A stretch of DNA of 64,000 nucleotides, taken from Candidatus Tayloriibacteriota bacterium. GTDB lineage: Bacteria; Patescibacteriota; Minisyncoccia; Phycocordibacterales; PALSA-1337. Positions 46,909 to 56,227 of the stretch are shown in pieces; position 1 is the stretch's first letter; every line of letters starts with the position of its first letter. The notes beneath the pieces were generated by a model that was given only the letters and a program-made list of their open reading frames with translations, had not been told where the DNA came from and did no database searches. The stretch lies in the NCBI GenBank assembly GCA_052034805.1, contig JBPOID010000004.1:23236-87235 (forward strand), read 5' to 3'. Made by a program: the position numbers and the translations under genes.

Positions 46909-47919
46909 CTAAAGCAATTTTCCTTCGTATTTTATGCCTAAATGTTCAAAGGCTTTTTCTGTTGCTATTCTACCTCTCGTTGTTCTTTCTATAAGACCTA
47001 ATTGTATAAGATATGGTTCATATACTTCTTCTATTGTCTCTTGCTCTTCGGATAATGCTGCGGATATTGTATTTAGTCCTACGGGTCGTCCTCCGAATTT
47101 GTTTATCATTGTTTTCAATATATCTCTATCTGCATTGTTTAATCCTAGATTGTCTACACCGAGCATTGATAGAGCTTTATCTACTATTTCCTTTGAAAGA
47201 TCTGTTTTGTGTATTTGAGCATAATCTCTGCATCTCTTTAGGAAATAATTCGCAGTTCTAGGTGTGAATCTACTTCTTTCTGCTAATGATTTTATTGCAT
47301 CTTCATGTATTTCTATATTTAATATCTTTGCTGAACGGCGTATTATCTCACCGATTTCTTTTTCGGTATAGAATTCTAGCTTGAAAACTCCACCAGAGAA
47401 GCGTGAACGAAGAGGGGATGATATCATGGCAATTCTCGTTGTTGCAGCAATAAGCGTGAACGAAGGCAATTCTAATTGTATTGTTCTAGCTGAGGGTCCT
47501 TTTCCTATTATAATATCTAGATTTCCTGTTTCCATAGCTGGATAAAGGACTTCTTCTATGGATTTATTTAATCTATGTATTTCGTCTATAAAGAGTATAT
47601 CTCCATGAGAAAGATTGGTAAGTATTGATGCTAAGTCACCGATTTTGATTATTGCGGGTCCCGAAGTTATTTTCATCTGTGCTTCAGTCTCTTTTGCTAT
47701 TAGATGAGCTAGAGTTGTCTTGCCCAAACCTGGTGGACCATAGAAAAGTATATGTTCTGGTGGATGATTTCTCTCTTTCGCGGCATTTATCAATATATTT
47801 AGATTATCTTTTATTGATTTTTGACCAATATATTCGTCCCAACGGCCAGGTCTAAGAGTCTGATCGAGATAACCAGTATCATTATTCTTAGTCTTCTTTG
47901 TTGTGTTTTTACTTGACAT
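46909..47919 (-). CDS. ruvB: Holliday junction branch-migration ATPase RuvB
   Basis: LFYGPPGLGKTTLA, DEIHRL, arginine finger; 336 aa. Confidence 0.95.
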   Translation of the reverse strand: MSSKNTTKKTKNNDTGYLDQTLRPGRWDEYIGQKSIKDNLNILINAAKERNHPPEHILFYGPPGLGKTTLAHLIAKETEAQMKITSGPAIIKIGDLASILTNLSHGDILFIDEIHRLNKSIEEVLYPAMETGNLDIIIGKGPSARTIQLELPSFTLIAATTRIAMISSPLRSRFSGGVFKLEFYTEKEIGEIIRRSAKILNIEIHEDAIKSLAERSRFTPRTANYFLKRCRDYAQIHKTDLSKEIVDKALSMLGVDNLGLNNADRDILKTMINKFGGRPVGLNTISAALSEEQETIEEVYEPYLIQLGLIERTTRGRIATEKAFEHLGIKYEGKLL

Positions 47920-48230
47920 AATAATTAAAGTATGCTAAGCTATCTTTGTTGGTGAAGACAGCATGATAGTAATAGTATAGCACTTATCAGATTCATAAAT
48001 CTCTAAGCAATATAGCTAGTTTACTCTAGTTATCTGACACAGTATCAGGGACATTCTGGTTATACACCTTGTGTGTATTTACTGGGGTTATCCTAGAGAC
48101 TATGTTTAACTTTTGGTGATCGCATTGAAAGTATTGCTTAGAGATTCATGCATCCGATCTCTATAGGTCTAATGTTACTACTCTTTAATTAAAATTCAAT
48201 TGACAAGCACTATGTTTTTAATTTGAAAAA

Positions 48231-49910
48231 CTATTCTTCTATTTCTACTACTCTTTCTAATTCTTCTATTGATGTTATTCCTTTCAATACTTTAATAATT
48301 CCATCTTGTTCCATTGTGAGTATACCTTGAGGCTTAGCAGCTAATGCAATTTCTCTATCGCTACTACCTATTTCCACAGCTTTTTCTACTGATTCGTCCA
48401 TAAGTATTCCTTCGTATATACCTATTCTGCTCTTGTATCCTGTTTGACTGCATTTATCACAACCTACTGCTTGCCATATCTTGCCATTTTCTAATTCTTT
48501 ATTAGGAATTTGTGTTTTGTCATAAATAGAATCTATAATTTTATTTATTTTCTCTTTATTTTCACCTTCTAAAGGAATTTCTTTTTTACAATAAACACAT
48601 AGTCTTCTTAGAAGTCTTTGTGCTAGAGATATACTAACAGATGATGCAAATATTTTTGGATTAATTCCCAAATCCATAAGTCTAGGGAATGCTCCCGCAG
48701 CATCATTTGTGTGTAGGGTAGAGAATACCAAGTGACCTGTTAATGCAGAGTTTATCGCTATATTCGCTGTTTCACTATCTCTTATTTCACCGATCATTAT
48801 GATATCGGGGTCTTGTCTTACTGTGGCGCGTAATCCTTCCAAGAATGTATAGCCTTTATCATTCACCTGTGTTTGTACTATACCAGGTAGATGATATTCT
48901 ATTGGATCTTCTATAGTCACTATCTTTACTGTAGGATTGTATATTTTCTTTATAAAAGCATATAGAGTTGTTGTCTTTCCCGAACCTGTAGGTCCTGTTG
49001 TAAGTATCATTCCATTTGGCTTATCTATTTCTTTTAAAAGAATACCCAATAACTTTTCTGGTATACCTAATTCTTCTAATGGAACGCCAATACTTTTCGG
49101 ATTAAGCAATCTCATCACTATAGATTCACCGTATGATCCAGGTAATAGGGAAGTACGTATTTCTATATTTTCTTTATTTACATGAACACTGAATCTACCA
49201 TCCTGAGAATCTTTTTTTACATTTAGTTTTAATCCAGATAGAAGTTTTATTCTAGATAATAGAAGATTATATGTTTCTGAATCAAAATCTATTATTTTTA
49301 TCAATACTCCATCTAGTCTATATCTCAGTCTTATATATTTTTCTTCTGGTTCTATATGTATATCTGATGCATTCAGAGATAATCCACCAGCGAGTATGGT
49401 TTCTAATATTCTAGAAACTCTATAGCTTTTCTTCATTGCCAATGTTTCTTCGAGAAGAGATGTTATACTAGGTAAACTCTTTGCTTTTTCTACAATACTT
49501 CCTATTTCTTCGCTGGATATTTCTAATGAGCCAGCTTTTGTTTCGTATGCAAAAGAAAGATCTTTATACGCTGACCATGCTTTCTCTAAACTCGCCATAG
49601 AACATATATATAATATAGGTTCATAGCCTTTTTTCTTTATTTCATCTAGTATTTCTTTAGTTTTTTCTAGCTCTGGATTTCTTGCGGCTAATTTTAGTCT
49701 CTTATCTATCAATGCAAAGGCTACTATTTTATTTTCTCTTGATGTTTTCTCATCTACAAATCTCAAAGCATCAGTGTTTATAGGTATAAGAGATAGATCT
49801 ATATACTCTATTCCATATTTTGCAGAGAGAAGTTGAACTAATTCCTCCTCCTCTTTCTTTAGAAGTTCTCCTAATTTTCTTTTTTGTTTGTCTTCATCGA
49901 ACTCTATCAT
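48231..49910 (-). CDS. pilB: Type IV pilus / type II secretion assembly ATPase PilB/GspE family
   Basis: Walker A TGPTGSGKTTT, Asp box, His box, C-terminal tetracysteine (CVYC...CDKC); 559 aa. Confidence 0.9.
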   Translation of the reverse strand: MIEFDEDKQKRKLGELLKKEEEELVQLLSAKYGIEYIDLSLIPINTDALRFVDEKTSRENKIVAFALIDKRLKLAARNPELEKTKEILDEIKKKGYEPILYICSMASLEKAWSAYKDLSFAYETKAGSLEISSEEIGSIVEKAKSLPSITSLLEETLAMKKSYRVSRILETILAGGLSLNASDIHIEPEEKYIRLRYRLDGVLIKIIDFDSETYNLLLSRIKLLSGLKLNVKKDSQDGRFSVHVNKENIEIRTSLLPGSYGESIVMRLLNPKSIGVPLEELGIPEKLLGILLKEIDKPNGMILTTGPTGSGKTTTLYAFIKKIYNPTVKIVTIEDPIEYHLPGIVQTQVNDKGYTFLEGLRATVRQDPDIIMIGEIRDSETANIAINSALTGHLVFSTLHTNDAAGAFPRLMDLGINPKIFASSVSISLAQRLLRRLCVYCKKEIPLEGENKEKINKIIDSIYDKTQIPNKELENGKIWQAVGCDKCSQTGYKSRIGIYEGILMDESVEKAVEIGSSDREIALAAKPQGILTMEQDGIIKVLKGITSIEELERVVEIEE

Positions 49911-49981
49911 GAGTATAATTATACCTTATAATTGTTTTTATATGCAGGTGGTGTAGACTCTTATATTATATCTATTATATT

Positions 49982-50052
49982 GCCGAATTAGTTCAGTGGT
50001 AGAACACTACTTTCGTAAAGTAGTAACGTGGGTTCGATTCCCGCCTTCGGCT
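49982..50052 (+). tRNA. tRNA-Thr (anticodon CGT)
   Basis: Acceptor gccgaat/cttcggc (one mismatch at pair 7), anticodon stem ctact/agtag with loop ttcgtaa, T-loop ttcgatt; 71 nt. Confidence 0.75.
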
Positions 50053-50101
50053 CCGATGATCAATATCCCATAAAGTGAATATAAAAATAAGATATCTATA
50101 T

Positions 50102-50791
50102 TTATCTAAAAACCTCTTTTACTCTATTACTTAATAATAAATAGAAAATAATAATAAAATTCACTATTAGACCTACAGTATTACTGATAAGACTATTTGT
50201 TATATTTGTAAGATCTTTGGAAATATAAGCGATTGTAAGACCAGCTATAATAACAGATATAAATATAGTTAATATTCTTGCCCAATTTCTCAATTTCCAT
50301 AATTCAATAGACATAAATATTCCGATTATACCTATAAACAATCCTATTGTACCCGCCACTGATGAATATTCGCTGAAATCTATTCCTATAACTGCATTCA
50401 AGTATTTTATGCCAAAAAATGCCAAGCCAGAAAAAGACAGAATTAATAATGACATTATAAAATACAATACAGAAATAAATTCTACTCCCATAGGTTTGTA
50501 TAGTATTTGATTAGAATATTTTGGTTTTTGTTCAACGATTATTCTTTCTTGTACAACTCTTTCTTTCGCCACTCTTTCTTGATTATTAGTATTATTTATT
50601 TGATTACTAATATTGTTTATCTGTGGCATGATTTTCTTTGCTTGTATTGGCATTCTGTTTAGATTCGCAAAGGCCTGAGTTATATCATTTTCATTCCAAC
50701 CAACCTTACTAAGCACTTCTTTTATGCTATTTGGAGGTATATCTCTTTCTAATTGTTGTTTAATATAATCTATTAATTGTTGATTCGGCAT
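50102..50791 (-). CDS. Hypothetical protein: small N-terminal soluble domain, N/Q-rich linker, four-TM C-terminal domain
   Basis: 229 aa; hydrophobic C-terminal half. Confidence 0.5.
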   Translation of the reverse strand: MPNQQLIDYIKQQLERDIPPNSIKEVLSKVGWNENDITQAFANLNRMPIQAKKIMPQINNISNQINNTNNQERVAKERVVQERIIVEQKPKYSNQILYKPMGVEFISVLYFIMSLLILSFSGLAFFGIKYLNAVIGIDFSEYSSVAGTIGLFIGIIGIFMSIELWKLRNWARILTIFISVIIAGLTIAYISKDLTNITNSLISNTVGLIVNFIIIFYLLLSNRVKEVFR

Positions 50792-50909
50792 AGTATATAT
50801 TGAATATTTTATAATATTATATCATTGTAATTAATATAATTATAGAAAGATAATACATATATAATAGTAAATGCTTTTTTATATCTAATATTTCTGATAC
50901 TCTATAACT

Positions 50910-51797
50910 GTGAATAAAGAACAAATAGAAAAAAGAATAAAAGAACTAGAAGACTCAATGTTTGAGCCAAGCTTTTGGAATGACAAAGATAAAGCACAGT
51001 CAGTAATATTGGAAATAAAGAAATTAAAAGAAGAGCTCGAAGGCGTGGGTAAATATGATAAAGGCAATGCTATATTATCCATACTTGCTGGTGCTGGAGG
51101 AGATGATGCAGAAGATTTCGCCATGATGCTTGTGAGAATGTATAAAAAATACTTTGACAGTGTATTCTGGTCAGTGTCTATAATCCATGAGAATACAAAT
51201 GATCATGGTGGTTATAGAAATATAACTTTAGAAGTAAAAGGGAAGGGAGTGTATGGTTTATTAAAAAATGAATCAGGTGTACATCGTCTAGTTCGTATAT
51301 CACCATTCAATGCAAATCAAAAGAGACATACATCGTTTGCTCTTGTAGAAGTTTTACCTGAATTCGAAAAGACCAAAGAAAAAGATATGGAAATAAATGA
51401 GAATGATATAGAAGTATCAATAGCGAAATCAGGAGGTCCAGGTGGTCAAAATGTAAATAAAAGAGAAACAGCAGTAAGACTTGTACATAAACCAACAGGT
51501 ATATCTATACATGTAACAAGCGAACGTTCTCAAGCTCAGAATAAAGAAAAAGCTTTCGATATACTCAGGGCTAAACTCTGGAAGAAAATGGAAAGTGACA
51601 GATTGGCAAAAGAAAAAGGTATGCAGATTTCCTCTACAACATCTATAGAATGGGGGAATCAAATACGTTCTTATGTTATGCATCCATATAAAATGGTAAA
51701 AGATCATAGAACCGGTTTAGAAACTGCCCAAGTTGATAAGGTTTTTGATGGAGAAATAGAAGGATTCCTACAAGCTGAAAAGGATATTGTGATATAA
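50910..51797 (+). CDS. prfB: Peptide chain release factor 2 (reduced N-terminal domain; GTG start; no frameshift site evident)
   Basis: SPF tripeptide ([16 protein letters not shown]) and GGQ motif ([17 protein letters not shown]); 295 aa. Confidence 0.85.
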   Translation: MNKEQIEKRIKELEDSMFEPSFWNDKDKAQSVILEIKKLKEELEGVGKYDKGNAILSILAGAGGDDAEDFAMMLVRMYKKYFDSVFWSVSIIHENTNDHGGYRNITLEVKGKGVYGLLKNESGVHRLVRISPFNANQKRHTSFALVEVLPEFEKTKEKDMEINENDIEVSIAKSGGPGGQNVNKRETAVRLVHKPTGISIHVTSERSQAQNKEKAFDILRAKLWKKMESDRLAKEKGMQISSTTSIEWGNQIRSYVMHPYKMVKDHRTGLETAQVDKVFDGEIEGFLQAEKDIVI

Positions 51798-51804
51798 TCA
51801 AAGT

Positions 51805-52485
51805 ATGATTTATTTCGATAAAGTTACAAAGGTTTACCCAGATGAATCTATAGCATTAGACGGTGTAAGTTTCGCTGTAGAACCAAAAGAATTCATAACA
51901 ATAGTTGGTCATTCTGGTGCTGGAAAAACTACCCTAATAAAGATGCTTATAGCCGAAGACAAACCTACTGATGGGGCTATATTCTTTGAATCAAAGAATA
52001 TACATAAATTAAAAAGAAAAGATATGAATAAATTAAGACGTCGTATCGGTACTGTCTTTCAAGATTTTCGTCTTATACCTAACAAAACTGCTTATGAAAA
52101 CATAGCTTTCGCTATGGAAGTTTCTGGACATACAGATAAAGAAATAGCATCAGATGTTCCTTATGTATTAGATTTGGTTGATCTAGGTGATAAGATGTGG
52201 AATTTCCCTCATCAACTTTCTGGCGGAGAGAAACAAAGAGTAGCTATAGCTAGAGCCATAGTCAATCAGCCAGATATAATAATAGCCGACGAACCAACAG
52301 GAAGCGTTGATCCTATAAATACCTATGGAATTATAAAAATTTTACAGAAAATAAATGAATTAGGAACTACTATACTTATGACAACTCATAATAAAGGAGT
52401 TGTAGATACTGTAGGTGGAAGAGTTATAACAATGGAAAAAGGCAAAGTTGTAAGAGATGATAAAGAGGGAAAATATATTCTATAA
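51805..52485 (+). CDS. ftsE: Cell division ATP-binding protein FtsE
   Basis: ABC ATPase with GHSGAGKTT, LSGGEKQR, IIADEPTG; followed by ftsX. Confidence 0.9.
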   Translation: MIYFDKVTKVYPDESIALDGVSFAVEPKEFITIVGHSGAGKTTLIKMLIAEDKPTDGAIFFESKNIHKLKRKDMNKLRRRIGTVFQDFRLIPNKTAYENIAFAMEVSGHTDKEIASDVPYVLDLVDLGDKMWNFPHQLSGGEKQRVAIARAIVNQPDIIIADEPTGSVDPINTYGIIKILQKINELGTTILMTTHNKGVVDTVGGRVITMEKGKVVRDDKEGKYIL

Positions 52486-52503
52486 TATAAAAATACAAAT
52501 AAA

Positions 52504-53460
52504 ATGTTATTTACATATTTAAAAAGAATAATAAAAACAGGATTTATAAACTTTTGGAGAAATGGTTTTCTTTCTTTCGCTGCTATTATAATTCTTACTC
52601 TATCGCTATCTTCTTTCGGTGCTCTCATGTTCGGTAGTGCCTTTGGCAAAACTCTCATAGAGGAAGTGAAGAATAAAGTTGATATAAATGTTTATTTCAC
52701 ATTGAATGCGCAAGAATCAGATATTTTGAATTTAAAGAAAACTATAGATCAATTAGGAGAAGTGGATAAAACAGAATATATATCTAGAGATCAAGTATTG
52801 GCAAATTTCAAAGATAAATGGAAAGACAATGCAAGAATATTACAAGGTCTAGATGAAGTGGGGGACAATCCTTTCCCAGCGGTTTTGAATATAAAAGCAA
52901 AAGAACCATCTCAATACGCTGGTATAGCTAGATTCCTAGATGGCAAGAATTCTTTATCAAAGGATGGAGACAATATAATAGACAAAGTTAATTATAATCA
53001 AAATAAAGTAGTTATTGATAGATTGGGAAAGATTATTCCTTTCGCAGAGAGAACAGCTTCTTTTATAGCTATAGTATTTGTAATTATATCTATAATCATT
53101 ACTTTCAATACTATTCGTCTCGTTATATATAATTCTAAAGATGAAATTTCTGTTATGAAGCTTGTTGGTGCTTCGAATTCCTATGTTAGGGGACCATTCG
53201 TCATGTCTGGAATAATGTATGGCATATTCTCGGGAATATTGACGCTCATCATTCTTTTTACTTTTTCTTATTACAGTGATTTGGCAATAATGAAAATAGC
53301 TGGTGTAGAGAATTCAGCAGATCTTGGTCTTATAATAAATATATTTTCTCAATATTTCATATCAAATTTCGGAGAAATTTTCGCAATAGTTATGACTTCT
53401 GGTATTGTCTTGGGGGCGATATCTAGCTATATGGCGGTACGTAGATATTTGAAGGTTTAG
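52504..53460 (+). CDS. ftsX: Cell division permease FtsX
   Basis: 318 aa; TM1, large extracellular loop, three C-terminal TMs; downstream of ftsE. Confidence 0.85.
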   Translation: MLFTYLKRIIKTGFINFWRNGFLSFAAIIILTLSLSSFGALMFGSAFGKTLIEEVKNKVDINVYFTLNAQESDILNLKKTIDQLGEVDKTEYISRDQVLANFKDKWKDNARILQGLDEVGDNPFPAVLNIKAKEPSQYAGIARFLDGKNSLSKDGDNIIDKVNYNQNKVVIDRLGKIIPFAERTASFIAIVFVIISIIITFNTIRLVIYNSKDEISVMKLVGASNSYVRGPFVMSGIMYGIFSGILTLIILFTFSYYSDLAIMKIAGVENSADLGLIINIFSQYFISNFGEIFAIVMTSGIVLGAISSYMAVRRYLKV

Positions 53461-53646
53461 TATAGATGATTCCAAACTATTGGAATATTTACATATATTG
53501 ACTTATGGTGTTTTGTATGATAATATCCTTATTAGATTAATGAATATTTACATATATGAAGTACTGTTTTTGATGGGAGTCAGAAATAGTGAACTGAAAG
53601 ATTTTCTCTAAAGTTCCATAGTGTAAATATTTGTAGGGGAGTTAAT

Positions 53647-54249
53647 ATGAACCTTGATGCTGTGTGTCGGTACATTGCCATGACAGAGTCCAATTGTGAG
53701 GACTGTAATGAAAGTCCTTATTATATTTGGAATCAAGTTAGGAGAATTCTCAATAATGATTTTGCTTGGAAGATCTTCTCAACCATGGTGGTGATTATAT
53801 CCTTCTTCATCTTCCTCTTTTGGAAGAAAAGTGGTCTTTCGGCCGTGAATCTTTTGCTCGGTTTTTTGCCGATCGCCATACTGTTGGTCTCGAGATTGTG
53901 TGTCTGTTATGTAGACAGATCAAATTCTCCAATGATTCTAAGTATGTACGAAGATGTATTACGCATAAAGTATCTCTTCGGAAGGAAAGCTTACAGATTG
54001 ATTCTGAGTGATGACGGTCTAAAGGATTTTGAAAAAGAAATCCTCGAACACCTTCACGAGTCTGCCGGAAAGATGGAAATTCTAAGATTATCCGGTAATA
54101 TGAATGTCGACTATTACATCGAAAAAGCTAGATTCACAGAAATGTGGGATCTAGCCATGAGGTTTGTCGACATAAAATCACATTCAGATGCTTTCCGAAC
54201 AGCATTTGAAGGGGAGGCAAAACTTCCTGATGGCTTCTGTACTGCATAA
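53647..54249 (+). CDS. Cys-rich two-TM hypothetical protein encoded in a GC-elevated island
   Basis: 200 aa; Cys-rich N-terminus (CRYIAMTESNCEDCNESPYY), two TM helices, soluble C-terminal domain. Local GC is clearly above the genome background. Confidence 0.5.
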   Translation: MNLDAVCRYIAMTESNCEDCNESPYYIWNQVRRILNNDFAWKIFSTMVVIISFFIFLFWKKSGLSAVNLLLGFLPIAILLVSRLCVCYVDRSNSPMILSMYEDVLRIKYLFGRKAYRLILSDDGLKDFEKEILEHLHESAGKMEILRLSGNMNVDYYIEKARFTEMWDLAMRFVDIKSHSDAFRTAFEGEAKLPDGFCTA

Positions 54250-54295
54250 CGCTATGAGGAGATCGGTTCTCCTAACTGAGCGTAGTTTGAACAAA

Positions 54296-54340
54296 AAGCG
54301 CGTCCTTGTCAGAAGACAAGGGCGCTTTCTTTTTATATTT
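54296..54340 (+). terminator. Rho-independent terminator (agcgcgtccttgtc-agaa-gacaagggcgct plus TTTCTTTTT)
   Basis: GC-rich stem and T-run read from the sequence. Confidence 0.65.
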
Positions 54341-54425
54341 TGAAACATCCATACACATATTTTGAAACATTCATACATATATTATGTCAACTTCTACTTT
54401 TGTTTTTATTTGATAAAATCAATAC

Positions 54426-56171
54426 ATGAAAAAGAGAAAATCCCGCATGATAGTAAAGAAGAAAATCCAAAAGAAAAATCCTCAAAAAAAGGTTCAAAAA
54501 TTTAATCATAAATATATTTTCGTTGTCGGTGGTGTTATGTCTGGTGTAGGGAAGGGTATAGCTACGTCTTCCATAGGTACTATACTTCATGCAAAGGGTT
54601 ATAATGTAAATCTTTCTAAAGTTGATCCGTATCTAAATGTAGATGCTGGAACTATGAATCCTACCGAACACGGTGAAGTCTTCGTTTTGAATTCAGGACT
54701 TGAAACAGATCAAGATATGGGGAATTATGAGAGATTTCTGAATCGAGATGTCTTGAAAGATGATTATATGACATCTGGTATGGTCTACAGAGATGTTATA
54801 GAAAGAGAAAGAAATCTCGGCTATGGTGGCAAATGTGTAGAAGCCGTACCTCATATAAGAGATGAAATAGTTCGTCGTTTCGAACATGCCGCTAAAGTCA
54901 ATAAATCAGAAATATCTATTATAGAAATTGGCGGTACTGTCGGAGATTATCAGAATATTATGTTTATAGAAGCTGCGAGACTTCTAAAGATAAAGCATCC
55001 AGATGATGTTTTGTTTATAATGGTTTCTTATTTACCTATACCATCGAAAATAGGTGAAATGAAATCAAGACCAACACAAAACGCTATACATCAATTAGCT
55101 TCATATGGAGTTTATACAGATATAATAATAGCTAGATCAGAAAAGCCTGTAGATAAAAAAAGAAAAGAGAAAATAGCAGTAGCTTGTAATATAAAAGAAG
55201 AAAATGTTATTTCTGCTCCAGATATAGATAGTATATATGATGTTCCTGTAAACTTTGAAAATGATAAATTAGCAGAGATTATACTAAATACATTCAAACT
55301 TGAACCAAGAAAGGGTGAAGGCCTAGGTAAATGGAAGGAATTCGCTCGCGGGGTAAAGAATTTCGATAAGGAGGTAAATATAGCAATAGTGGGTAAATAT
55401 TTTAATACTGGAGATTTCGTATTATCTGATTCATATTTATCTGTTATAGAAGCAATAAAATATTCAGCATGTGCAAATAAAGTTAAGCCGAAAATACATA
55501 CAATAAACGCTCGTGATTTCGAAAGTGATAATCCTAATTTCGTACCAGATTATTCATCTCTAAATAAATTTGATGGAATAATAGTTCCTGGGGGATTCGG
55601 AGAAACTGGTATAGCAGGAAAATTAAATGTAATACGTTATGCAAGAGAGAATAAAATACCTTATTTTGGTCTATGTTATGGTATGCAACTCATGACTATA
55701 GAATATGCTAGAAATGTATTGGGTTTGGAAAATGCAAATACAGCAGAAATAGATCCAAAGTCAGAACATTTGGTAATAGATATAATGCCTGATCAGAAAA
55801 AGAAATTAGAAGAAGGTAATTACGGTGGAAGTATGAGATTGGGTATTTATAAGGCAAATATTCTAAAAGGTTCAACAGCATATAGATCATATCTTTCTTC
55901 TGGATTCCATGGCAATGCATTGTCTATAGAAGAAAGACATCGTCATCGCTACGAAGTAAATCCTTTATATATAGAAAGATTAGAGAAGGGAGGTCTTGTA
56001 TTTTCTGGAAAATCTCCAGATGGAACTCTTATGGAAATAGCAGAATTACCAGATCATCCTTTCTTTCTAGGTACACAATTTCATCCAGAATTCCTAGCAC
56101 GTCCTATGAAGCCACACCCTTTATTTACAGAGTTTATAAAAGCTTCTATAAAAAATAAGAAAAACAATTAA
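54426..56171 (+). CDS. pyrG: CTP synthase with an unusual 28-aa Lys-rich N-terminal extension
   Basis: KYIFVVGGVMSGVGKGI..., glutamine amidotransferase C-terminus (GLCYGMQ, HPEF); 581 aa. Confidence 0.95.
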   Translation: MKKRKSRMIVKKKIQKKNPQKKVQKFNHKYIFVVGGVMSGVGKGIATSSIGTILHAKGYNVNLSKVDPYLNVDAGTMNPTEHGEVFVLNSGLETDQDMGNYERFLNRDVLKDDYMTSGMVYRDVIERERNLGYGGKCVEAVPHIRDEIVRRFEHAAKVNKSEISIIEIGGTVGDYQNIMFIEAARLLKIKHPDDVLFIMVSYLPIPSKIGEMKSRPTQNAIHQLASYGVYTDIIIARSEKPVDKKRKEKIAVACNIKEENVISAPDIDSIYDVPVNFENDKLAEIILNTFKLEPRKGEGLGKWKEFARGVKNFDKEVNIAIVGKYFNTGDFVLSDSYLSVIEAIKYSACANKVKPKIHTINARDFESDNPNFVPDYSSLNKFDGIIVPGGFGETGIAGKLNVIRYARENKIPYFGLCYGMQLMTIEYARNVLGLENANTAEIDPKSEHLVIDIMPDQKKKLEEGNYGGSMRLGIYKANILKGSTAYRSYLSSGFHGNALSIEERHRHRYEVNPLYIERLEKGGLVFSGKSPDGTLMEIAELPDHPFFLGTQFHPEFLARPMKPHPLFTEFIKASIKNKKNN

Positions 56172-56227
56172 TCTATTTTATATCTAAATTAATTCTCATT
56201 TAATAAATAAGAATTTTTAGAGTTTGT

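Noticed and set aside
50843-50917. Possible programmed +1 frameshift upstream of prfB
   Set aside because: The -1 frame upstream has 23 sense codons but no start codon and no CUU UGA C-like slippery site, and the encoded peptide is hydrophobic junk unlike the RF2 N-terminus.
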